The position numbers and the translations under genes are program-made. From a virus: a stretch of 33,098 bases of DNA. The stretch covers positions 1-33,098 of IMG/VR virus record IMGVR_UViG_3300047159_000020. One strand, given 5' to 3'. Position 1 is the first letter of the stretch; every line of letters begins with the position of its first letter. Of this stretch, positions 1 through 7,931 are shown piece after piece. The notes below the pieces were generated by a model. It did no database searches and was not told where the DNA came from. It was given only the letters and a program-made list of their open reading frames with translations.

Positions 1-35
1 GCGCATCAGCCTGCGCATTCGCCCCGTTGATCGTT
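1..35. repeat. Terminal overlap, copy 1 (circular closure of the contig)
   Basis: gcgcatcagcctgcgcattcgccccgttgatcgtt is identical to 33064-33098. The leftward operon is continuous across the junction. Confidence 0.9.
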
Positions 36-318
36 ACTTGCTCGCCGTCGTCACTGGAAAGCTTGCGTCGACAACCTGCTCGCCCCCGTCCTCTGGCAGG
101 TATTCTCCGAGGGCGCGGCCGAGGTCGCTGATCATCCGCTTGACGGCAAATAGTTCGTGCCCAGCGATGCCTGCCTGATGTTCAAGCGGGCTTCCGTGGT
201 ATTTCAGAACCGGAGACTCGGCAAGGCGGGCATGGGCAAGCCGCAATACGTGCAGAAAGATTCCAATTTCTACGTCTCGAATCTCGATGCATGCATATCT
301 CGAAATATTGACGTTCAT
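34..318 (-). CDS. Hypothetical protein (94 aa)
   Basis: ATG at 318 is preceded by GGAGGA (331-326) and forms an ATGA overlap with the upstream gene's stop. The track ORF 34-324 begins at a TTG two codons earlier. No recognisable motif. Confidence 0.6.
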   Translation of the reverse strand: MNVNISRYACIEIRDVEIGIFLHVLRLAHARLAESPVLKYHGSPLEHQAGIAGHELFAVKRMISDLGRALGEYLPEDGGEQVVDASFPVTTASK

Positions 319-506
319 TTGCAATTCCTCCGATGCGCCTTGCGCCGCTTCGCCTTGAGTGCCTGGCGCTTGGCCTGATTAACGCCGCCGCGCTGGCCGT
401 TTGTCATGTTTGCAAAATTCGACCGATCGATAGCCATTGGCCTGATTGCCGACGTTGCCGCAGAAAACATCATCCGCAACCAGCTTGAAATAAATGCGCC
501 GTTCAT
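315..506 (-). CDS. Hypothetical small basic protein (63 aa)
   Basis: ATGA overlap with the end of the 380-aa gene. Lys/Arg-rich C-terminus (KRQALKAKRRKAHRR). Confidence 0.5.
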   Translation of the reverse strand: MNGAFISSWLRMMFSAATSAIRPMAIDRSNFANMTNGQRGGVNQAKRQALKAKRRKAHRRNCK

Positions 507-1645
507 GCCGCCTCCTTGGTTTCTGTCTTCGTGATCGCGACGACCGCCGCGTAAATGTCGGCGAGCATTTGCAAGTCTTCGACGTTTTCGACGATTTCAA
601 TGATGCGATCTTGCCCGACGACAATCCGGTCTCTTTCAAGCATCTCTTTGTGGTCAGCTTTGCGCTTCGCTGCTTCGATCTTTTCAAGCTCCACGCGCCC
701 ATCGGCGTATTTCGCCTCCTGCTCGGCGCGCTCCCGGTCTTCGCGCTCCTTGCTGGCAATTTCCCATATCAGCCTTGCGGCAGCCTCGTCCGCCTCGAAC
801 TTGGCGCGCTGCTCTTCCAGCGCTTTGCGCTCGGCAGCCAACTTCTCGGCCTCGATACGGCGCAGTTCGTCGGCTTTGTCCTGTTCGACCTTGCGGGCGG
901 CAGCCTCGACGCGCTCACGCTCGGCACGCTCGGCAGCCTCGGCATCTGCCTTTGCCTTGGCCGCTGCCGCCTCTTCCTTGCGGACCTGTTCGGCGACGCG
1001 GGCGGCCTCTTCTGCAGCAATCTTCGCCAGGATTCGTTCGTTCTGGGCCTTCGCTGCAGCCTCTTCAGACGCCCGCTTTGCTTCTACGGTCGTGCGAATC
1101 TCGGCAACCGCTGCGGCATGAGTCTCTTTCGCCTCCCCGAAAAACTCGGCGAACGAGGAGTCAATCTCGATTTCCTCGACCGCGGAAAGTATCCCGGCCG
1201 CGCCTTCGCTCGATACGCTGAAGTGCGCCGCGTTGGATGCCGCAAGCTTCATTAGCGCTATACGCTGCGTGATTTCCAGCACGCGCAGGCGCTCGGCTTC
1301 TGCCTTTGCGGCTTTCTCGCGCGCCGCTTCAGCGTCCCATTCGTCGCGGAGCGCCTTCAGGCGGGATTCTTCCGGCTGGATTATTGCGACCAGGCGCGCC
1401 TCTTCGGCGATGACCGCCTTTGAGAACCGGGTCGCGTCGTCACGCGCGGCCTTGCCGGCCTGCACGATTCCGGTGCGCGCCTTCGTTGCCGCCATTGCCG
1501 CAGAGTGGCACTCTTCCCTTCCTGCCCGGTTGGTAATCGCCGTGATGCCCTTCGACGACTCGGCGAGGGCCTGAAGTTCGGCCGCCGCCTTGCTGGACTC
1601 CAGCGCAACCGCTGCGCGCTGCTGTACTGTCAATTCTGTTCCCAT
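503..1645 (-). CDS. Ala/Glu/Arg-rich coiled-coil protein in the recombination module (380 aa)
   Basis: Long ORF whose start overlaps the exonuclease stop (TAATG). Low-complexity helical sequence (AEAERLR, EEAAAAKAKADAEAAERAERER). Sits next to exo/recT. Function unknown. Confidence 0.7.
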   Translation of the reverse strand: MGTELTVQQRAAVALESSKAAAELQALAESSKGITAITNRAGREECHSAAMAATKARTGIVQAGKAARDDATRFSKAVIAEEARLVAIIQPEESRLKALRDEWDAEAAREKAAKAEAERLRVLEITQRIALMKLAASNAAHFSVSSEGAAGILSAVEEIEIDSSFAEFFGEAKETHAAAVAEIRTTVEAKRASEEAAAKAQNERILAKIAAEEAARVAEQVRKEEAAAAKAKADAEAAERAERERVEAAARKVEQDKADELRRIEAEKLAAERKALEEQRAKFEADEAAARLIWEIASKEREDRERAEQEAKYADGRVELEKIEAAKRKADHKEMLERDRIVVGQDRIIEIVENVEDLQMLADIYAAVVAITKTETKEAA

Positions 1646-2265
1646 TACGCCACCATCCTTTCAAGTCGTTGTTGTAGTTCGTCCGCCTCGGATTCGGCGG
1701 CCAGGACCGCCGATTCAATCCGAGCAATCATTGCCTCGTCACGCATGACGGGGATAATCAGTAGCTGGTGACTCTTCGGCATGCGAGGGTCGAAGCTGGC
1801 AAAATTCCAGCGCTTGAACCCTGTCACCCACATGCCGCCCTGTATCTGCGGGATGTACTCGGCAGGGACGCCCGAGAGGAAGCGCGCAAGGTGAACCGCC
1901 GAGTCTTTCGGGCACTTCAGTTCGAGCCCTTCGATTTCTCCGATCAAGCCATCCGGCGACGCCCCGGCAAATTGGTATTGAGGATGCTCAAGGAACCCGA
2001 CTTGCTGAACGGCTTTGCCGGTTTCAAGCTCGAACGCTTCGCGGGCGAATTCCTCTACTTCCGACCCCCACTGCAGCGCGAAGCCGGCCGGCCCCTCTGA
2101 TGGCTGCCCGGTCATGCGCTCGACGACCACTTGCCAGATTGCGTCGGCGCGGCACTTCAGCGGCTTGCCGGTGCGCTCCGACACGGCGATCAGGTCGGCG
2201 AACCTGCTGGCCGTCCACTTGCCGCAGCGCTCCCGCAGCCATTCCTGTGACCCCTGCTCACTCAT
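1645..2265 (-). CDS. YqaJ/lambda-Exo-type recombination exonuclease
   Basis: MSEQGSQEWLRERCGKWTASRFADL N-terminus and GASPDGL...LELKCP (D..E.K) core. Internal ATG at 2265 chosen because it overlaps the recT stop by 8 nt. Confidence 0.8.
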   Translation of the reverse strand: MSEQGSQEWLRERCGKWTASRFADLIAVSERTGKPLKCRADAIWQVVVERMTGQPSEGPAGFALQWGSEVEEFAREAFELETGKAVQQVGFLEHPQYQFAGASPDGLIGEIEGLELKCPKDSAVHLARFLSGVPAEYIPQIQGGMWVTGFKRWNFASFDPRMPKSHQLLIIPVMRDEAMIARIESAVLAAESEADELQQRLERMVA

Positions 2266-3238
2266 CGTCGCCACCTTCTTGCGCATCTTCGGCGGACAGC
2301 TTGGCGTCAAGCTCGCGCATCGCCCGCGTCGTCTCGGCGGCGATCGCCCTCAGTCGCTTGTGCTCGTCTGCTCCGACCGTCAGCCGGCCCTCCTTCCCGA
2401 TATCCGCGAAAGCGTCGGCGTATGCGACCTCGCCATCCTCGTTGGCGATCTTTTCGAGCTTGGCGACCAGTTCGGCGCGCGCATCTGCGTCGACCTCGGC
2501 GTCGGCTTGCTGCTTTGCCGCCTCGGCCGCTTGCTTGCCGGTCTGGCGCCTGGCCGGCGCCGGCATCGGGTTGATTTCCTTTTCGCCAACATCATCCGCT
2601 GACATTTCCTCGTCCGTATAGACGCCAAGGATTGCGCCAGGGGCGTACCGGCGCGCGAACTTTCGCACGGCCAGGTAGGTGATTTGCTGCTGCGGATCAG
2701 TCGCCCACTGCGTCGAGAAGCGCGGCCATGCCTGGGCCAGCAGCACTTCAATCTCGCGCGGCTCGGACTCCCCCTTGAGGCGCGCTATGCACTTCACGCC
2801 AAGCCCTGCTTCGGCGCTTCTGTCCCACGTCGACACGTAGTATTTGCCGCCGCTTTTCTCGCTCGTCTTTTCGGCGACCTTCCCGAGAATCTTCGACCAG
2901 TCGCCGAAAAACTCGAATTCTGGCTGGCCGACGATTGCGCCGCAGGACACGATCACAGCGTTGACCAACTGCGCCTCGTACCCGAGCGTGCCGCCTTGCG
3001 TCAGGTGCGTCTTCTGCGCAACGGCAAAAGGGTTCATCTTCCACTGCGCCGCCTGCATGATCACCGCCAGGCAGTCGCCGATAGATCCCTGCAAGTGCTT
3101 TGGAATGGTGACGCGCGCTGAAGCCATGAGCTTCGCGGCCGTCATCATGCTCTCCATTGCGCCATCGTCCATTACCAACGACATGGCGCTGCCGGTGCCG
3201 TCATGAGCGACTGCGGGTAGATTTTCGTGCTGGTCCAT
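2258..3238 (-). CDS. recT: RecT/Red-beta family single-strand annealing protein
   Basis: 326 aa from MDQHEN, with AAGGAAC SD upstream of the ATG at 3238. AQWKMNPFAVAQKTHL..GYEAQLVNAVI core, acidic C-terminus, adjacent to the YqaJ exonuclease. Confidence 0.75.
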   Translation of the reverse strand: MDQHENLPAVAHDGTGSAMSLVMDDGAMESMMTAAKLMASARVTIPKHLQGSIGDCLAVIMQAAQWKMNPFAVAQKTHLTQGGTLGYEAQLVNAVIVSCGAIVGQPEFEFFGDWSKILGKVAEKTSEKSGGKYYVSTWDRSAEAGLGVKCIARLKGESEPREIEVLLAQAWPRFSTQWATDPQQQITYLAVRKFARRYAPGAILGVYTDEEMSADDVGEKEINPMPAPARRQTGKQAAEAAKQQADAEVDADARAELVAKLEKIANEDGEVAYADAFADIGKEGRLTVGADEHKRLRAIAAETTRAMRELDAKLSAEDAQEGGDDE

Positions 3239-3284
3239 CTTCGTTCCTTTCTGCCGAGACTCTGCCGGCAATTGGTTGTGCTGC

Positions 3285-3521
3285 TCAGTCGTGGTAATCG
3301 AGCGCTTGCTGTATTTCGCCGACCAGAAGGCGCAGGTACGTCTTGCATCCGGCCTCGTTTTTCGCGGCCATCGCGTCGTTCGCCTTGGCGATCAGGCGAT
3401 TGACCTCGTGCAGCAGGCCGGCCGTGGTGTATGCGTCGTCGTCCGGGCCGCCGCGATAATCTGCCGGGTCACGGACGAACGGCCCGAACGTTGCTGCGTC
3501 GCCGAACCCTGGGCTATTCAT
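3285..3521 (-). CDS. Hypothetical protein (78 aa)
   Basis: ATGA overlap with the upstream gene. No motif recognised. Confidence 0.55.
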   Translation of the reverse strand: MNSPGFGDAATFGPFVRDPADYRGGPDDDAYTTAGLLHEVNRLIAKANDAMAAKNEAGCKTYLRLLVGEIQQALDYHD

Positions 3522-3781
3522 TGCAGGAACCCGCGCAGAACGTCGCCAACGGCCAACATCAGCACCAACACGACGCCGACGAAAAAGACCTTTTCACTAA
3601 ACGGCGTGTCGTCGCGAGGGGCGGCTAGTTCGCGCAGCTCATCTGGCGTCAGCTCACACGCCTCGATTGTGTCGGCGGCGATTGACGCCCAAGAGGCAGC
3701 GGCGCGCATGTCGCCATCTTCGAGCGCCGAAAGCGCTCGGCTCAGGGCTTCGCAAGCGCCTTCCTCGGTCGTGGCGTTCAT
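3518..3781 (-). CDS. Hypothetical protein with C-terminal TM segment (87 aa)
   Basis: Start MNATTEEG at 3781 gives an ATGA overlap with the upstream stop. The C-terminus VFFVGVVLVLMLAVGDVL is hydrophobic. Confidence 0.55.
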   Translation of the reverse strand: MNATTEEGACEALSRALSALEDGDMRAAASWASIAADTIEACELTPDELRELAAPRDDTPFSEKVFFVGVVLVLMLAVGDVLRGFLQ

Positions 3782-4206
3782 GCCGTCCACCCCCACCCGA
3801 TGCGGTCAGCGCGCGCATGCTCGGCGTTTTCGATCAGGCGAGAGCGAAGCTCTGCAATCTGCCGGTCACGGTCGCGGAGTTGGCTTACAAGCGAATCGTT
3901 CGCGACACACGCTTGCGCCAATCCATCGTCTAGACGCTTGATTGTTGCCTGCGCCTCGCAAAGCAACTCGCGCATAGCATCTTCGCGGGCGATGCCCTCG
4001 GATATTGTGACGAGCAGAGACAATCGGCTATCGCGCTCTTGATCGAGCAGCCGGCGAAGTTCGCCCACCTGGACGCGCGCCGTGTCGCTGATGTCCATCT
4101 GTTCGCGCCACTGCCGGCGCAGCGCGTCGACACGTATATTCAAGCGGTCGATGTGCGCCGCCGATTGTGCTGCTCGCGCCTCAGCGCATGTGCATCTTGT
4201 TTCCAT
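3778..4206 (-). CDS. First gene of the leftward operon; coiled-coil protein (142 aa)
   Basis: Strong SD (taGGAGGgtggatcgATG). Heptad-like Arg/Leu/Glu-rich sequence. Confidence 0.65.
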   Translation of the reverse strand: METRCTCAEARAAQSAAHIDRLNIRVDALRRQWREQMDISDTARVQVGELRRLLDQERDSRLSLLVTISEGIAREDAMRELLCEAQATIKRLDDGLAQACVANDSLVSQLRDRDRQIAELRSRLIENAEHARADRIGWGWTA

Positions 4207-4683
4207 CGATCCACCCTCCTAACGGTTGTATGGTCCCGGATTTCCACCGGTATCTAGCAATCGTGTCGAGGCTAGTCCCGAAGACCGGTTACGCTATCCG
4301 GCGCCAAAAAAAGCCGACTTCTCTATGTGTGATTCGCCCATTTTATGTATCGGCAAAGAGTTCATTAACTTCGCCTATCCGCTTACTAGGCCAGCGGAGG
4401 GCCGATTAAACCGGGTCAATCATTTTTTGCTCCGTTTTTTATCGGTGTCGTCTATGGCAATGCCAATCTCTCTTGGCCGGTCGCGAAGCTTTCGTTACAT
4501 CGTTACGCCAGCCGTAAGCCGCTGGTCGCTTTGCTGTGGGTTGCCCTGGCGGCAAGCGTCCGGTCACAGCTCACGGATCGCCTTTTGTTCAGCACGAGGG
4601 GAGAACTTCTCCGTGCCTAGCGCTTTCGCGCCTCACCGCCAGGGCGGTTGGTCTGTGCCGCGTTGGGTTGCGGCATGGGTTTA

Positions 4684-4712
4684 ACTATACGGATTCCCTA
4701 ACTGCGCGTCAA
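4684..4712 (-). promoter_or_regulatory. Leftward sigma70-type promoter (PL-like)
   Basis: On the minus strand: TTGACG (4712-4707), 17 nt spacer, TATAGT (4689-4684). Predicted TSS is near 4677, about 470 nt upstream of the first ORF. Confidence 0.6.
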
Positions 4713-4755
4713 CAACTTTATTCGGGAAGGAGAACTAAATACAAACAGAAAACGC

Positions 4756-4784
4756 TTGACAAGAAATTGTGCAATCCGTACATT
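4756..4784 (+). promoter_or_regulatory. Rightward sigma70-type promoter (PR-like)
   Basis: TTGACA (4756-4761), 17 nt spacer, TACATT (4779-4784). The ATG of the cro-like gene is at 4792, so the mRNA would be leaderless or nearly so. Confidence 0.6.
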
Positions 4785-4791
4785 ACCCGTC

Positions 4792-5034
4792 ATGAAAAAA
4801 CATCAAGTGATCGAGGCCTTCGGGACTCAAGCAGAAGCGGCCAGGGCGCTGGGGTGCTATCCGTCGACGATCCATGAGTGGGACGATGTGCCGGATGGCC
4901 GTCAATACCAGATCGAGATTGCGACGCGAGGCCGGCTCAAGGCAGACCTGCCAGCAGACCGACGGGATCTGCTAAAAGTCAAAAAATCGGCGCGTTCCGT
5001 TAAGTCGGTCAAGTCGCGCGCCGGCCTTCGCTAG
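4792..5034 (+). CDS. Cro/YdaS-like HTH transcriptional regulator (80 aa)
   Basis: MKKHQVIEAFGTQAEAARALGCYPSTIHEWDDVPDGRQYQIEIATRGRLKAD fits the YdaS/Cro HTH pattern. First gene downstream of the rightward promoter. Confidence 0.7.
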   Translation: MKKHQVIEAFGTQAEAARALGCYPSTIHEWDDVPDGRQYQIEIATRGRLKADLPADRRDLLKVKKSARSVKSVKSRAGLR

Positions 5035-5058
5035 CCCTTCGGGGCTGGCTTTTTTTTT
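5031..5058 (+). terminator. Intrinsic terminator after the cro-like gene
   Basis: CTAGCCC-TTCG-GGGCTGG stem-loop followed by C+T9 (5049-5058), then CG+T6. Confidence 0.75.
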
Positions 5059-5076
5059 CGTTTTTTGGTGTGGGCA

Positions 5077-5283
5077 ATGAGCAACGTCATGCACCAACAT
5101 CCACGCCGGCAAGCGGCATACCGGGCCGACACGGACGGATTAACGATGGTCGGTGTCGTCCATTGCGGCTGGCGTTGTCGCGTATGCGGCGGTCAGCAAA
5201 CAGGGACGTCGGGCCGGAAAAAGATGCCCGGAGAGGGCTGGAAATGCGCAGCGTGCGCGAAATCAGGAAAGGGGAAATCATGA
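5077..5283 (+). CDS. Putative zinc-ribbon protein (68 aa)
   Basis: HCGWRCRVCGG...WKCAACAK gives two CxxC pairs. The alternative frame over the same DNA is Arg-rich nonsense. Its end forms an ATGA overlap with the next gene. Confidence 0.45.
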   Translation: MSNVMHQHPRRQAAYRADTDGLTMVGVVHCGWRCRVCGGQQTGTSGRKKMPGEGWKCAACAKSGKGKS

Positions 5284-5543
5284 TCTGCAGTCTTGAGAGG
5301 TTAGAAGCTCCGAAATCGGCATCGATCAATGCCGGCCGGCCGTACTGCGTTGCGCAGGAGACAAGCGAATCAGGCGCGACAGTTCGAGAATTCAGCAGCA
5401 CGTTGGCGAACGTTCACCTCGCGTCCGAGAACGAGCGCGTACGCGCCGAGAATGCAAAGCTGCGCGCCGAGAATTCGGCCATGCGGTCGGCGCTAGACGT
5501 GATCGGCCGGACGCTGGATACGGTGCGGATGGCGCAGTCATGA
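5280..5543 (+). CDS. Hypothetical coiled-coil protein (87 aa)
   Basis: GGAAAGGGGAA SD, then ATG at 5280. Contains ENERVRAENAKLRAENSAMRSAL. Confidence 0.5.
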   Translation: MICSLERLEAPKSASINAGRPYCVAQETSESGATVREFSSTLANVHLASENERVRAENAKLRAENSAMRSALDVIGRTLDTVRMAQS

Positions 5544-5716
5544 CGCCCCAGCAGATGCGCCTGATTCGGCCGCTGACGCGCCAGCACCCGGCGGCACAAG
5601 CGGTGCTGACAACCGGAGCGCTGGCCATCGGCCCGCTGCTGTTCGTGTGCGCCTGGCTGCGCGAGTACAGCGAGACGTTCGCCGAGGTGATGCGGCCAGC
5701 CGGCAAGCGGGTATAG
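5540..5716 (+). CDS. Small membrane protein (58 aa), below the ORF-track cutoff
   Basis: ATGA overlap with the previous stop. MTPQQMRLIRPLTRQHPAAQAVLTTGALAIGPLLFVCAWLREYSETFAEVMRPAGKRV has one TM segment. It exactly fills the gap before the GTG at 5720. Confidence 0.45.
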   Translation: MTPQQMRLIRPLTRQHPAAQAVLTTGALAIGPLLFVCAWLREYSETFAEVMRPAGKRV

Positions 5717-5719
5717 CCA

Positions 5720-6124
5720 GTGGCCGGCCGCACAAGCAGAACCAAAGGCGCAGCCGGAGAGCGCGAGCTTTTCGGCCTGCTGTCCGACCAGCTCGGGTTC
5801 GTCGTCAAGCGCGAACTGTCCGCGTCACGCGATGGAGGATGCGATGGCCTCGACGTGCCAGGCTGGGCGATCGAAGTCAAGCGCACTGAGCAGATGCTGG
5901 CAGCGCACTGGTATCAGGCGGTCGAGCAGGCAGATAAAGCGGGCAGGAAGCCAGTTCTGTTCTGGCGCCGTAATCGCGCCGAGTGGCGCGCGTTCGTTGC
6001 TCCGCACGACGTGGCGCCTGATCTGTTCCAGGCGGGCGGTGACGCGCTGTCGATGTCGCTTCCGCGTTGGTGTGAGCTTGCAAGAAGCCAGATGGCGCTA
6101 TCGGATATCGAGGGCGCCGCGTGA
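5720..6124 (+). CDS. PD-(D/E)XK nuclease, Hjc-like resolvase type (134 aa)
   Basis: KGAAGERELFGLL...DGGCDGLDV...WAIEVKR (D-x-EVK core)...PVLFWRRNRAEWR. GTG start. Confidence 0.5.
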   Translation: MAGRTSRTKGAAGERELFGLLSDQLGFVVKRELSASRDGGCDGLDVPGWAIEVKRTEQMLAAHWYQAVEQADKAGRKPVLFWRRNRAEWRAFVAPHDVAPDLFQAGGDALSMSLPRWCELARSQMALSDIEGAA

Positions 6125-7023
6125 GTGTTGAGGCGATCAATTGGGCGCTTTCTCAGGACATAGAACGATCGTCCGAGAAGTTCGTTTTGGTCGTCATGGC
6201 AAACCGCTGTAATGACCAATGGTTATGCTGGCCGTCTATTTCGTCCATTGTTGAGGACACCAGCCAGAACCGCAAAACGGTGCAGGAAAACCTCGCAAGG
6301 CTCAAGAATTCTGGCCTTATTTGTGCCAACGGCATGAGAAAAGGGGCAACAGGATCGGTCGTTGTGTATGCCCTAAGCAGGCCCGAAAACGGTCTATCTA
6401 AGCAGGCCCAAAAACGGACAGAAGAGGATGTAGAAGCAGGCCCGAAAACGGTACAGCTTGAAACGGAAGCAGGCCCGAAAACGGACATAAGCAGGCCCGA
6501 AAACGGACATGAAGCAGGCCCGAAAACGGACATAAGCAGGCCCGAAAACGGACATGAAGCAGGCCCGAAAACGGGCTACGGAACCATCAGTGAACCATCA
6601 GGAACCGGTAAACCTAAAAACATTACGCCACGTCGCAAGCCGGAAGGGTTCGATTTCAACGGCCGGCTACTCGCCGAAGGGGTCGCAGAAACCGCCGTCC
6701 TGGATTGGGCGACGATCCGAAAAGTGAAGAAACTCCAGGCAACCCAAACGGCATTTGAAGGGCTGCTGAGAGAAGCGGCAAAAGCGGGCGTCACCCTGCA
6801 AGCCGCAGTGACCGAATGCTGCGAACGCGGGTGGGGTGTATTCAAGGCGGAATGGTTGGCGAACAGCAAGGCGAGGGCGGGGCCTTCTGCGGCACCGGCA
6901 AAGATCAACGGAAGCACGCGGCAATCGAGAATCGACAGCTACTGGAACCAGCGCTATGGCAACGAACAGCATCAAGGCAGTGAAGAGCGAGACATCACCG
7001 GCGAGTCGGAGCGCGTTGCCTGA
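6121..7023 (+). CDS. Replication initiator (lambda O-like role) with N-terminal winged-HTH and internal iterons
   Basis: The N-terminus MSVEAINWAL...KFVLVVMANRCND..CWPSISSIVEDTSQNRKTVQENLARLKNSGLI is the HTH_36-type replication-protein pattern. Iterons lie in the middle of the gene. GTGA overlap with the upstream gene. Confidence 0.7.
   Translation: MSVEAINWALSQDIERSSEKFVLVVMANRCNDQWLCWPSISSIVEDTSQNRKTVQENLARLKNSGLICANGMRKGATGSVVVYALSRPENGLSKQAQKRTEEDVEAGPKTVQLETEAGPKTDISRPENGHEAGPKTDISRPENGHEAGPKTGYGTISEPSGTGKPKNITPRRKPEGFDFNGRLLAEGVAETAVLDWATIRKVKKLQATQTAFEGLLREAAKAGVTLQAAVTECCERGWGVFKAEWLANSKARAGPSAAPAKINGSTRQSRIDSYWNQRYGNEQHQGSEERDITGESERVA
6376..6574 (+). repeat. Iteron array (probable ori): 8 copies of AGCAGGCCCGAAAACGG
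   Basis: Copies start at 6376, 6401 (one G->A change), 6435, 6468, 6490, 6513, 6535 and 6558. The last five have 22/23-bp spacing. They encode the repeated peptide EAGPKTDISRPENGH. Confidence 0.8.
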
Positions 7024-7561
7024 CGCCTGGGTGCGACGGATTTTTGAGCGCATGGAGGATCGCTACGGCGACCAGTGGGCGCAGAAATTCGGGTCTGTGC
7101 CGACGCATCGAATGGCGGCAACGTGGGCGGCAGACCTCGCGGACATGAGCGGGGCGGAAATTGCTCGAGGGCTTGATGCTTGCAAAGACTCGAGATTTCC
7201 GCCTGGGGTCGCTGATTTCCGCGCTTTTTGCCGTCCGCAACTCGATTATTCGTCTGCGTTGCTCGAGGCGATCGAGCAGATGCAGCGCAGGGCAAGCGAC
7301 AGCGACACGTGGAGCCACCCGGCGATCTATTGGGCGGCAGCCAGCATCGGGTCTTACGAGATGCTGAACCGCTCGACGAAAGAGCTTGAGCCGCTGTGGC
7401 GTCGGGCGTTTGTTGCGCAGATGGCCAAGGGCGAGTGGCCGGCGATACCGAAACGAGCGCCCGCGCTGCCTGCTCCTGGACAGCAGCACACCGAGGCACA
7501 CGCAAAGAAGGTGATGGCGGAAATGATGGCGAAGCTACGCGGAATGGAGTCTGAGAAATGA
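6956..7561 (+). CDS. Lambda P-like replication protein (helicase loader); start uncertain
   Basis: GLDACKDSRFPPGVADFRAFC, WSHPAIYWAA and GEWPAIPKRAPALP line up with lambda P (RPFLPSPGQFVAWC, NAHYWL, GEAIPEP..LP). ATG 6956 overlaps the O-like gene by 68 nt. TTG 7016, preceded by GGAG, is an alternative start. Confidence 0.6.
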   Translation: MATNSIKAVKSETSPASRSALPDAWVRRIFERMEDRYGDQWAQKFGSVPTHRMAATWAADLADMSGAEIARGLDACKDSRFPPGVADFRAFCRPQLDYSSALLEAIEQMQRRASDSDTWSHPAIYWAAASIGSYEMLNRSTKELEPLWRRAFVAQMAKGEWPAIPKRAPALPAPGQQHTEAHAKKVMAEMMAKLRGMESEK

Positions 7562-7929
7562 AAAAAACACTCGGAGCGGTGATGTGCGAAGCGCTGGTCG
7601 ACGGATGGGTTTCGGACTGGAAAATGGGCCGAGTGGTGACTCACGCATGGCTGCTGCTGGAAAAAGAACCCGAAGACCTTCGCGACAAATTCGCAAAAGC
7701 GGAATCCTCGCTGAAGGTAAAGCACATCGACGCGGGATCGACAGCAAAGACATGGATTGCCCGCCACATGCCGAGGCTAAACGAGGCGCTTTGGGCTGGC
7801 CGGAAAAAAGAGACGGCAATTGCCGTGGCGAAGAAAGAGGTCGGCATCGGAAGCCGAGTGCGAATGACCGAGGCCTGCGTGAGCGCGCGATCTGGCGACA
7901 AGCGGAGAGATTGGGGAACGGTGAAGTGA
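7558..7929 (+). CDS. Hypothetical protein (123 aa)
   Basis: ATGA overlap with the P-like gene. No motif recognised. Confidence 0.55.
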   Translation: MKKTLGAVMCEALVDGWVSDWKMGRVVTHAWLLLEKEPEDLRDKFAKAESSLKVKHIDAGSTAKTWIARHMPRLNEALWAGRKKETAIAVAKKEVGIGSRVRMTEACVSARSGDKRRDWGTVK

Positions 7930-7931
7930 GC

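Noticed and set aside
4226-4877. Plus-strand track ORFs 4167-4409, 4226-4684 and 4536-4877 in the control region
   Set aside because: They have no SD or sensible start, and their translations are Arg/Ser/Pro/Cys-rich with no domain-like segments. They also run across the promoter elements. I treat them as noise in a non-coding region.
5070-5543. Single 157-aa ORF spanning 5070-5543
   Set aside because: Its first half is Arg-rich low-quality sequence. Splitting it into a Zn-ribbon ORF (5077-5283, other frame) and an 87-aa ORF from the internal ATG 5280 gives an ATGA junction, an SD, and sensible proteins.
6468-6574. Regularly spaced 17-bp repeats that could look like a mini CRISPR array
   Set aside because: The spacers are only 5-6 nt, the repeats lie in-frame inside the initiator gene, and no cas genes or leader are present. 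They are iterons.
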